Assembly: GCA_022605425.2 (NCBI GenBank)
Contig: CM061247.1
Coordinates: 434,001-498,000, forward strand
Source: Hamiltosporidium tvaerminnensis FI-OER-3-3
Lineage: Eukaryota > Fungi > Microsporidia
Reading direction: 5' to 3'
Length of the DNA: 64,000 nt
In this document: positions 1-9,995 of the stretch, piece by piece
How positions within the stretch are numbered: the stretch's first letter is position 1
Layout of the letters: each line of letters begins with the position of its first letter
The notes under the pieces: model-generated
Told to the model about the DNA's origin: nothing
The model's database searches: none
Seen by the model: the letters and a program-made list of their open reading frames with translations, nothing else
Translations under genes and position numbers: made by a program

Positions 1-104
1 CATTACGGCACTTAATTTTTTAATTTTTTTTATTTGATTAATTTAATTATTAAAAATTTAGTACTGTTTTACGGTACATTTAGATTTAAATTTGTTTATA
101 AATG

Positions 105-215
105 AATACAGGATGGAGAGAGTGCAACCATATTAAAAACCATTTGCTTGGCAATGAGTTAGTGAAATAGTTGTGAAATCATTGTTGATATTTTGTTGAG
201 ATATAAACCACACAG
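105..215 (+). repeat. 5' fragment of the ~750-bp dispersed non-coding element
   Basis: gcttggcaatgagttagtgaaatag...tcattgttgatattttgttgagatataaaccacac aligns by eye with 30090-30160 (gcatggcaatgagtgtgtcaaactgg...tcattgttaagattcttggtggtaataaaaccaaac). Confidence 0.65.
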
Positions 216-799
216 GTCTATAGACCTTTCTCCTATAATCCCGAGTCATAACAGATTAAAAGAAACAAATGAAAACCTTTCAGTTGTTCATTCTCACACT
301 AAGAGGTAAAACAGGAATGGAATATGTAAGTAGATAAATGGTTTTTTCTGTCTGTAGATTTTCTCGAGTGATCTTTGATATGACCTACTCTAAATTTTTT
401 TTTCTCAATTTATTCTTTCGAAGCGCATCTTAGCTTTTTTAGTGTATTGCTTCGCATAACATATAAGCGCAGCTTGCATGATATGGCTGCATTCTTACCT
501 GATCCATGAACACAAGCTTTAGCATATTCATCGAATATTGGGTGAATAAGGTTTGGATCTTTTTGTGAACAAATCATTTAAGTAATTCGGTTTAAGACCA
601 CTCCATTTTAGATTTCCTAATCTAGGATGGGTTGGGTTTGGATGAAGACCAGAAGGAAATTTTTAATTTTTCAGGGGTCAAAATTCTTTTATCATTACCC
701 GTTTTGTGTCAATATAATTTCTATTTAGCAAAATTATGTAAAATAATATCCACTTTATTTAAGAAAGTTCCAAAGAATTTAAACACAAGGTACTTCGTG

Positions 800-1443
800 T
801 CTTACATTGATAATTCTTCCTAAAAATATATTCGTAAATGTAAACATTCAACTTAAGGCTTTTGTTAATATTTTGATTCGTTTTAAACCTTTAGAATCTC
901 GACCATAGAATTTAATTTGTGTTTGTATGAATACCCGATCGTGATACGAAATTATTTGAATGATTCACACAATCTAAGAAAAATCTTGATTCTGTCTAAA
1001 TATTGATAGGTATGAACGGTGGTCATCAGAATATAAGATACACCTTGGGATAGAATCATATACAGTATTTTGTAAAATATCCAAAGTTTTATTTGTATAA
1101 TTTGCATTTAGAACTTCCTTGTCGTTTTTGAAGTAATCCGTTCACCATTTTTGGCCATTAAGACCACCTCCATATTACTTCCTCTTGCCTACAACCGTTT
1201 CATCTATTCAAACCATTTCTCTGGGCCCGCCAATTTTTTCAAAGTAATACAAACAATCATTTGTATTGGCAATCTCAAATCTTTAATAGAGTCTGCTATA
1301 TTTGCATCTGAAAAACCATGCATTGCTTTGATGGCATCACATGGCAGCTCATATAAGTAGCAAATAATATAAATTACAGCATGATGTCCAATTTTTAAAT
1401 TTTCATCTTGCAAAAAAGCAATATTCAGTATTTTTCTTAGCAT
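800..1443 (-). mobile_element. Degenerate Merlin (ISXO2/IS1595-like) DDE transposase relic
   Basis: Reading across stops and frameshifts gives LAGP..V.IDE.VVGKRK..GG...GQKW, ILYSDDHRSY and VNHSNNFVSRSGIHTNT..LWSRF. These are hallmark ISXO2/Merlin motifs. Confidence 0.8.
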
Positions 1444-2519
1444 AAAACGTACAGTAGAAACGAATCCTTACTAAAGAAAGAATTAAGGCGCCTAGGGTTC
1501 TATTGCAGACAAAACATGATCTAACTAAATCGTTGTTTTCCCAATCAAAATGCTCTTCTAAGTCACTGTCGTTTCTTATTTACATTTTAAAGATTAAGAT
1601 CATAGTTCTCCACCCTTAATAAGTATCATATAAAAGAAAAATTAAATTACTTTTGAGTGAGAAATTTTAAGGCGAAATTTAAATTTTTTTTAAGGTCGTA
1701 AATATTTTGTAATTTTGTAATTTTTTTATTGTAAGATTGACAAACAAGGCGTAAAAACAAAAAATATTTGACCACTAAAAAATTTATTGTTCCTCTGACC
1801 TTCATCGAAAGTTCAACACTGGGATCTCTTTGAACATAGTCAAGAACTTATCTTTGGCGATAATGCAAACAGCGGTATCAAAAAGAGAACATTTTCGGGA
1901 GACAAAAGGCAATTCGACGCCTCTCTTCACTCTCTTATTATTTTACCATCATTTTGCCTCACATTGTGTCATCTTTATACGATATGAAAGCTACAGCTCA
2001 GCCGAATTTCTCATTATAGTACATGTGAAACCTTGCCCAAACATTTTTGCATTCTTCCAGACCTTTTCTGTACCGCAAAAAAAATCGATTTCAGGTCATT
2101 CCTATGAAGGCTGTTACGGAATCAAATATTGTATGTAGTACCATTAGGCTTTCACCTTAAGTAATAGCTCGAGTACAGAGGTTGGTCATATCCTGCGATA
2201 GCTCGCAAATAGGCAATAACCTAAAACGAAAGGCTGGTATATTAGGTGAAGGTAGCAGTAAACAGTTCTGAAGGTCATCGCATGTTTGGCTTGATGGTGA
2301 ACGTGTTGTTTTTGTTTAAGAAAAAGGCTGTAATAGATTCACCGATAGCCGTTTTTCGTAAATTTGCACCACTTTTATACTATCGTTCACATAATCAGCT
2401 TCGTTTTTTATTTTATTATTTTTTTGTTTTTCGCTACCAACATTTTTCTTTCTACTGATATAAGAATTAAAGAAAATAATCAAAAATTTAAAAATCATTT
2501 ATTTGATAAATTAAAAGCA

Positions 2520-2692
2520 TCTTATATTACTTATATTACTTATATTACTTATATTACTTATATTACTTATATTACTTATATCTTATATCTTATTATATCT
2601 TATATCCTATATCCTATATCTTATATTACTTATATCTTGTATCTTATTATATCTTATATCTTATATTACTTATATCTTATTATTACTTATCT
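2520..2692. repeat. Tandem microsatellite/minisatellite, (CTTATATTA)n mixed with CTTATAT
   Basis: Directly visible 9-mer and 7-mer tandem units downstream of the HDAC. Confidence 0.95.
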
Positions 2693-2831
2693 ACACCATT
2701 CAAATACCAAATACTAATTCACACTCCTAATCTAATAAACATCACACTTTATTTATATCTTCTCTACCTCCTTTGATACATCATTACAACTAATATCTTA
2801 ATACACAATACTAATACACATAACACTAATT

Positions 2832-4316
2832 TTATATCTTATCCACTTCCTTTAATATATACCCCATTACACTATCCAAATACCCCTTACTATTCATATT
2901 ATCATATTTTTTAACCAACCCACCATGTAAAGTATAATCACTTCCATAATACTCATAATACCTATCACTCTTAGGTATATCATTACACATATCAACACCT
3001 AAAAGTAATCCTGTCTCATATGTCCAACACTTAGAAACATTCTTCATTTTATATCCACCACCACCTAAAAATATGGTTGGTAAATTTAAATTATAAATCA
3101 TTTTTATACACTCACCGTGTCCTTTTACACTTAAATTGAAACATCCTAATCTATCACCCATTATAGAATCAGCACCACATTGCATTACTATACAGCTTGG
3201 GTTATACTTACGAATTATACTTTTTAATATTGGTTCGTATATATACATATAAGAAGGATCATCTATACCTGTACGTAGAGGTACATTAACAATATAAGAG
3301 AAGGGGGTGTTATTAGTATAGTTAGTAGTGTAAGAGGTGTTATTTACACCACTGGTAAATAAAGGGGTGTTAGTATTAGTACTAGTAGTTAAAGGGGTGT
3401 TATTTATAAGGTCAGTAGTATAACACCCTTTACTCTCTACTCTACTACACCCCCTGTTAATACTACCTGGACTGTATAAACCACCAGTCCCAGGAAAATA
3501 ATTATCTCCATATTTATGCAAAGAAAAAGTTAAAACTCTATCACAATGCATAAAAGCCTCTTCTACACCATCACCATGATGGATATCAATATCTACATAC
3601 AACACACGTTCATAACACTTTAATAGTTCCTGTATAGCTATTACAATATCATTTACGTAACAGAAACCACTTGGTTCATTCTTACGTGCGTGATGAAAAC
3701 CACCACTCCAATTTATTGTTGTTTTGTACGATTTACTGTTCAACAGTCTTGCGCATAAAAGTGAAGCAGAAGTGTAATGTGTACAGAAGTCGTATAAGTT
3801 AGGAAATAACGGGCAATCATCCCCATAACAGGGGGTGTTATTAGTTGTGTTAGTATCAGTACTGTTACTAAAGGGGTGATAAGTATTAGTACTGTTGTTA
3901 AAGGGGTGATAATTATTAGTACTGTCATTAACACCCTGTTGTTCATTAGTACTGTTATTAACACCCTGTTGTTCATTAGTACTGTTATTAACACCCTGTT
4001 GTTCATTAGTACTGTTATTAACACCCTTATAATCATATACTCTATCATTATCACCCTCTAACCCTACAACACTACCCTTATTACTATCATACTCTACATT
4101 ACATATCTCATCACTTCTTTTTATGTCTCGAAGATACTCTGGATTGTGATATGAACCAAGTGTTAGTTGTGTTGGTATTATAACATCTAAATATTTATCT
4201 AAATTATAAGAATGTACTAAAGAGTGTGTTAGTGTTATACGGTGTGGTTTCATAGGATGTCCTTGTCCATAGTGATGTAGACCTACTTGCTTACTAAACA
4301 TGTATGCTATTTTCAT
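2832..4316 (-). CDS. RPD3: Class I histone deacetylase (Rpd3/HDAC1-3-like) with two low-complexity in-frame inserts
   Basis: Motifs GQGHPMKPHRI, GDDCP, NWSGGFHHA..SGFCYVND, YVDIDIHHGDGVEEAF, FPGTG, QCGADS..GDRLGCFNL and GGGGY are present. CCC lies immediately before the ATG. Confidence 0.95.
   Translation of the reverse strand: MKIAYMFSKQVGLHHYGQGHPMKPHRITLTHSLVHSYNLDKYLDVIIPTQLTLGSYHNPEYLRDIKRSDEICNVEYDSNKGSVVGLEGDNDRVYDYKGVNNSTNEQQGVNNSTNEQQGVNNSTNEQQGVNDSTNNYHPFNNSTNTYHPFSNSTDTNTTNNTPCYGDDCPLFPNLYDFCTHYTSASLLCARLLNSKSYKTTINWSGGFHHARKNEPSGFCYVNDIVIAIQELLKCYERVLYVDIDIHHGDGVEEAFMHCDRVLTFSLHKYGDNYFPGTGGLYSPGSINRGCSRVESKGCYTTDLINNTPLTTSTNTNTPLFTSGVNNTSYTTNYTNNTPFSYIVNVPLRTGIDDPSYMYIYEPILKSIIRKYNPSCIVMQCGADSIMGDRLGCFNLSVKGHGECIKMIYNLNLPTIFLGGGGYKMKNVSKCWTYETGLLLGVDMCNDIPKSDRYYEYYGSDYTLHGGLVKKYDNMNSKGYLDSVMGYILKEVDKI
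3830..4035. repeat. 30-bp tandem repeats inside the HDAC CDS (QQGVNNSTNE and YHPFNNST units)
   Basis: acaccctgttgttcattagtactgttatta occurs 3 times, next to related aaaggggtgataa units in the opposite orientation. Confidence 0.9.
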
Positions 4317-4334
4317 GGGAATTTGTAGGGGTTA

Positions 4335-5450
4335 AGGATATATAAGTAGAGGTAGAATATAGATTGAAAGGGTGTTAGTAATAAGGGTATATATAAGTAG
4401 TAGATAAAGGGGTGTTACTAATAGAGAGATAGTTATATGTAAATAAAGGGGTGTTACTAATAGAGAGATAGTTATAAGTAGATAAAGGGGTGTTATCAAT
4501 AGAGAGATAGTTATAATTAGTAAATAAAGAGGTGTTATCAAGAGAGATAGTTATAATTAGTAATTAAAGGGTGTTATCAATTGAGAGATAGTTATAAGTA
4601 GTAAATAAAAGGGTGTTATCAATAGAGAGATCGTTATAAGTAGTAAATAAAAGGGTGTTATCAATAGAGAGATCGTTATAAGTATATAAAGGGGTGTTAT
4701 CAAGTGAGATAGTTATAAGTAGTAATTAAAGAGGTGTTATCAATAGAGAGATAGTTATAAGTAGATTGAAAGGGTGTTATCAAGAGAAATAGTTATAATT
4801 AGTAATTAAAGGGTGTTAGTACTTAGTACTTGTAATAAAGGGTGTTAGCTAAAAGTAATATATAAGTAGTAATTAAAGGGTGTTATCAAGAGAGATAGTT
4901 ATTATTACTAATTAAAGAGGTGTTATCAAGAGAAATAGTAATAAGTACTAGTAATAAAGGGTGTTAGTTATAAGTAATATATAAGTAATAAATAAAAGGG
5001 TGTTAGTAATAAGTACTAGTAATAAAGGGTGTTATATATAAGTAATATATAAGTAGTAAATAAAAGGGTGTTAATAATAGAAAGATAGTTATTAGATATC
5101 ATTTATCCAAGTAGTAATATAAGACATTAGAAAGAAATATAAATAACAGAACTATTTTATTGAAAATAAGACTATAAAATACAGCAATACCAAGCAAAGT
5201 GTTAAAGGGGTGTTAATTATCTATCCATATTACTAATAGGGTGGTAATTATCTATACTGTTACTAACAGGGTGTTAGATATCTATCCATATTACTAATAG
5301 GGTGTTAGTTATCTATATTGTTACTAATAGGGTGTTAATTATCTATATTGTTACTAATAGGGTGTTAGTTATCTATATTGTTACTAATAGGGTGTTAATT
5401 ATCTATACTGTTACTAACAGGGTGTTAGATATCTATCCATATTACTAACA
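4335..5450 (+). repeat. Minisatellite arrays with GGGTGTTA core (~33-37-bp units, then 30-bp units)
   Basis: aaagggtgttatcaatagagagatagttataagtagt repeats over 4370-5100, and agggtgttagttatctatattgttactaat repeats over 5205-5445. Confidence 0.95.
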
Positions 5451-5830
5451 CCCATACTACTATTACTACAATTATCAACACCTAAAGAGACACTCACACC
5501 CCCTAACACCCTAATAACCAATACCCTCTAAATATCCTAATACCTCTAAAATACTCTATAACTAACACACTCTAATAACCAATACCCTCTAACATACCCT
5601 AATAACTATTACCCTCTAAAATACCCTAATACCCTAATAACTAACACCCCCTAATCCCCTAATAACTATTACCCTCTAAAATACCCTAATCCCCTAATAA
5701 CCAATACCCTCTAAATACCCTAATAACTAACACCCCCTAATAACTATTACCCTCTAAATATCCTAATAACTAACACCCTAATACCTCTAAAATACCCTAA
5801 TAACTAACACCCCCTAAAATACCCTTTTAC
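5445..5830 (-). repeat. Degenerate TAACACCC/CCCTAA-rich array, the inverse orientation of the upstream core
   Basis: Repeated ccctaataactaacaccccc and taccctctaaaataccctaat. Confidence 0.9.
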
Positions 5831-5842
5831 ATATATATAGTC

Positions 5843-6496
5843 TCACCCGTTAATTACACCATAGTACCACTGCAATAGTGGTATCATAAAACATGTATTA
5901 GCTATTACAGTTAACACATGAAAAACCTCATGATACCCAAACACACTAGGAAAAGGATCTGGTCTATGCATACCAAACACAACACCACCCATAATATAAA
6001 ACACACCACCAAAAACCAAATAAAACATTTTAGAAATATTTATATATTTAAGAAGAATATGAAAAAAAGGTACAATACTAACACCATGTATCATATACAA
6101 AGACACATCAATAATTTCATATTCATTTGAAATACAAATAATTTTTAATATTCCTAATAAGGTTATTGTCCACGTTAAAATTAATATTTTATTGACAATT
6201 TCTATTTTTGGTAATAGTGTTAATACAAAAGAAGATTGAGTACAAGAAATTAGAAGAAATATTGAAATATGATCTAATTTTTGAAATATTTTTTTTGTTT
6301 TTTCATTTTTCCAATCTGTTAAATGGTATTTACTACTTATACCGAATAGGGTTAGTTGTCCTATTATGTAAAGAGTTAGTTCGTATTTGTAAGATTTTAT
6401 AAGAGATATTGTTATGTAGAATAGAGTTAGTATTATTGTTATGTAGAATGCTAGTTGGTGTATTCTACCTCTGAGAAGTGGTTTTTGTTGTAGCAT
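5843..6496 (-). CDS. Hemolysin III / PAQR family membrane protein
   Basis: KPLLRGRIH, S..YH, LDHISIFLLI and PDPFPSVFGYHEVFH motifs with about 7 hydrophobic segments. A CCCCCC run precedes the ATG. Confidence 0.92.
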   Translation of the reverse strand: MLQQKPLLRGRIHQLAFYITIILTLFYITISLIKSYKYELTLYIIGQLTLFGISSKYHLTDWKNEKTKKIFQKLDHISIFLLISCTQSSFVLTLLPKIEIVNKILILTWTITLLGILKIICISNEYEIIDVSLYMIHGVSIVPFFHILLKYINISKMFYLVFGGVFYIMGGVVFGMHRPDPFPSVFGYHEVFHVLTVIANTCFMIPLLQWYYGVING

Positions 6497-7399
6497 GGTA
6501 GGGGGGTGAATAATAAATGTATAAAAATATATGAGTATTATAGAGGGTTAGTATTATAGAGGGGTGGGTATTATAGAGGGTTAGTGGAGGAGGGGTTAGT
6601 GGAGGGATTAGTATTAAAGAGGGGTTAGGGGTTAGTATTATATTAGATTAGTATAGTATTACATTAGATTAGTATAGTATTCTATATTAGATTAGTATAG
6701 TGTTATTTCTTATTGTTATTACAACAGTAAATACTATTCAATGTTTTTTTTTAAAAAAATTCTAAAGAATGTTTTATGAGTTATAGAATTGTAAAGAATA
6801 AAGAAATATAGTTATTTATTTTAATATAAGAAATAATGAGAATGGAAATAAGAAAGTAATAAAAGTGATGAGTTATAGAATTGTAAAGAATGATGAAATA
6901 TCAGTTATTAAAAGATAAGAAACTACTATTTAATAAAATTCTGGATTAAAATATTTTTATGGATTTTTATATGTTTTCTACCTCTTAAATATATTTTTAA
7001 GATTTTTATATGTCTTTTACCTCTTTAACCACTACTGTCTCTAGAAATAAAAGTATAAAAATAAAATTTTAGTATTTTTTTAAGATTTTTATATTAAGAA
7101 GATAATATATTGATTATAAATGTGTATGTTATTTATTTGAGAAGAATATAGAGGGATTTATTGTGTTCTATGTGTATATAATAATGAATTGTAAAATTAA
7201 ACTTTTTTTTTTATAGTGATTTGTATCAAATATATTTTTTTAGATTTTATATAAATTGTAACAGATGTACTATGAAATAAGATTTTTGGTGAAAGTGAGT
7301 ATTTTAGAATAAAATATATATTAACATGTATATCTTATTTCTTTTTTTTTGGTAATAGGATGGTTTAAGTAAAAAAAATCGGTTTTTTAAGTTTTTACT

Positions 7400-7660
7400 T
7401 AAATATGAAATATATATTTAGATAGATAAAGATTTAATTGTAAAAATAAATGAATATATTAATAAAGAATACTAAATATGAAATATATATTTAGATAGAT
7501 AAAGATTTAATTGTAAAAATAAATGAATATATTGATAAAGAATACTAAATATGAAATATATATTTAGATAGATAAAGATTTGATTGTAAAAATAAATGAA
7601 TATATTGATAAAGAATACTAAATATGAAATATATATTTAAATAGATAAAGATTATATTGT
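7400..7660. repeat. 73-bp tandem repeat, ~3.5 copies
   Basis: taaatatgaaatatatatttagatagataaagattt... starts at 7400, 7473, 7546 and 7619. Confidence 0.95.
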
Positions 7661-8141
7661 ATTAATTGCTTTATGTAATTAAATAATGGTTTTAAATTAA
7701 AGATTCTCAATATTAAAGTTATATTTAAATAGATGTGTTCGATCTATTTATAAATAATTATAATACTATTTAGAATATATATAAGGTTAATTAAAGAATA
7801 ATTTTTAAATTAAGATAAAATCTATAATTAATTTATTTTTAATTTAGATTAATATTTAAGGTCTTAAGTTATTACTACAAACTTAGAATGATATATGATT
7901 AAAAATGGAATATAAAGTTTTAATTATAGATTTTGTTTAATTATAGATTTTTTTAATTATAGATTTTGAATTATAAATTATAAATTATAAATTATAAAGT
8001 TTTAATTATAGATTTTGTTTAATTATAGATTGAGAATTATAAATTTTAAACTATAGATTTTAAATTAAAAGTTTTAATTATAGGTTGAGAATGTTTTCTT
8101 AGCTTTTAGATTGAATTATAATTATATGTTTAATTTAAATT

Positions 8142-9995
8142 ATGGTTTTTGGAATTTTAATTTATAAACCGAAATCTATTTATAATATACAAAATGAGAA
8201 TGTAAAAGTAAATATGGAATATAAACGAGTAATAGTTCTATTTTTTTGTGTATTGAATATCAGATGCGCGATAAAAGATGAGAGAATAAAGACTTTTGAT
8301 GAAATACGATTTGAAATGTTACAAGACCCATTTATTTTCTATATATATACATACTATTATGATTGTATAAGAATTATGGTATATAAGAAGATGATAGATG
8401 ATTTGTTTAAATCTTTTCCTATTTCAGAAATAAATGAGGTGGAATGCGATTTGAATTTTTTTAAAGAACACTATCTAACTGATCCAATTGGGAGTGATAT
8501 TACACTTTATAAGTTTTTTAAGTATTTCAAGCCTAAAACATGGGAAATTTGGTCTGAGATGTTTAAATACAGAGTTATTTATGTGATATTTGATTTTTTT
8601 AGAGATTATCTGTCAGAGTATTCTGTTTTATTTAACGAACATCCTCTTTTCAGAGCGAAAACGATGTCTTTTATGGAAAATTCATATTTAAAAAAGCTGG
8701 AAGGTAAAGGATATATTAAATCATATGGAGTAAAAGAACTAGAAATATTAATTAAGATAAATACAGAGACCTGTGATGATGTCACAACAGTGTTATGTAC
8801 AGATCAAAATACAAATGATATATCTATTGAAGATTCACAAGTTCCAGAATCTAATGCACAAAGTATAAACACACCACCTGAAAATTCAATCTTTAAGAAT
8901 AAAACGGAAGCAGATTCCGGCATTTTACCTCAAAAGCAAGATCAAACCGAATTATTTTCGGATGAAACCACCTTAAGAGAAATAAGTCATCAAAATATTT
9001 CGAATCCATTAATTTCATCATCAGCTGATGTTGCTTGTGATAAAGCTTATAAATTTATTTTATTGGATTCTCTAGAAACACTATTTTTTGGAGTCATTGG
9101 ATTTTTTAAAAAAAATATATTGCATAATAACCATAAACTTCTTTATAACTTTGATTACACAAGTTATAAAAATTCAAATTTATTCGAAACTCATAAAAAT
9201 CTGTTAAAACAAGACACAAACGCCAAGTCAAAATCCATAATATTTGCGTTTTTTTATAAAAAAATGTATGGTGATTATCAAAGCTATTTAAACACGATGT
9301 TATCTCATTTGAAAGAAGTGAGTTCCAATAATTTTGAAAATCTAACTTATTATTTTCATAAGATGTTAAACTCGCCTGTTTACAAAATTGGAATAACAAA
9401 AGATTTATATTATCTTGCAATAGATTCTAAATTTATTCCACAAATGAATTATGACGAAAAAGTTTTGGTATTTGATCTAGATGATACGTTATTTCCAACG
9501 ACATTTTATTTAAGCAATACAAAAGATTTTCTATCCTCAAATGAAAATAGTGATTTTGATGATTCAGATTATGTCTCGAAACTCGATGTCAAGGAAACTA
9601 TAGAAGAACTTAAAACAATAAAAATTATAGATCATTTTAAGAAAAGAAAACAGCTTAAATGGTATTTGAACAATCTACCGTATAAAAAGATTTGTTTAAC
9701 AAATGCCTCAAAACCCCACGCAGAATTTGCTCTTAAAGCATTAGATATCTCTGAGTGCTTTGAATTTGTATTATACAAAGGTATAGATATGAAAAAAGAA
9801 TATATGAAACCATATAAATATCCTTTTAAGGTTGTTGAGATATTATTGGGGTGCGATCCAAGCAATATATATTTTTATGACGATATTTCTGCTAATTGTG
9901 TAACTGCTGATCAGAGGAATTGGAATGCTTTTTTGATTAATGAAAATTTGATTGAAACAATCGAGAATTCTTTAAATTCTAGAAATAAGTTTTAA
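8142..9995 (+). CDS. Putative secreted protein with C-terminal HAD pyrimidine 5'-nucleotidase (Sdt1/Phm8-like) domain; likely start 8214
   Basis: HAD motifs VFDLDDTLF, LTNAS, KP and FYDDISANC..A..NW lie in the last ~180 aa. MEYKRVIVLFFCVLNIRCA from 8214 looks like a signal peptide. Confidence 0.85.
   Translation: MVFGILIYKPKSIYNIQNENVKVNMEYKRVIVLFFCVLNIRCAIKDERIKTFDEIRFEMLQDPFIFYIYTYYYDCIRIMVYKKMIDDLFKSFPISEINEVECDLNFFKEHYLTDPIGSDITLYKFFKYFKPKTWEIWSEMFKYRVIYVIFDFFRDYLSEYSVLFNEHPLFRAKTMSFMENSYLKKLEGKGYIKSYGVKELEILIKINTETCDDVTTVLCTDQNTNDISIEDSQVPESNAQSINTPPENSIFKNKTEADSGILPQKQDQTELFSDETTLREISHQNISNPLISSSADVACDKAYKFILLDSLETLFFGVIGFFKKNILHNNHKLLYNFDYTSYKNSNLFETHKNLLKQDTNAKSKSIIFAFFYKKMYGDYQSYLNTMLSHLKEVSSNNFENLTYYFHKMLNSPVYKIGITKDLYYLAIDSKFIPQMNYDEKVLVFDLDDTLFPTTFYLSNTKDFLSSNENSDFDDSDYVSKLDVKETIEELKTIKIIDHFKKRKQLKWYLNNLPYKKICLTNASKPHAEFALKALDISECFEFVLYKGIDMKKEYMKPYKYPFKVVEILLGCDPSNIYFYDDISANCVTADQRNWNAFLINENLIETIENSLNSRNKF

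Noticed and set aside
220-790. Possible 3' end of another RLE retroelement on the minus strand
   Set aside because: Only vague VDIILHN and QPI..NGVV fragments, which is insufficient evidence.
2364-2717. ORF with YITYIT repeats (also the 3740-4054, 3876-4061 and 4332-4541 ORFs)
   Set aside because: Translations of tandem repeats or shadows of the HDAC.
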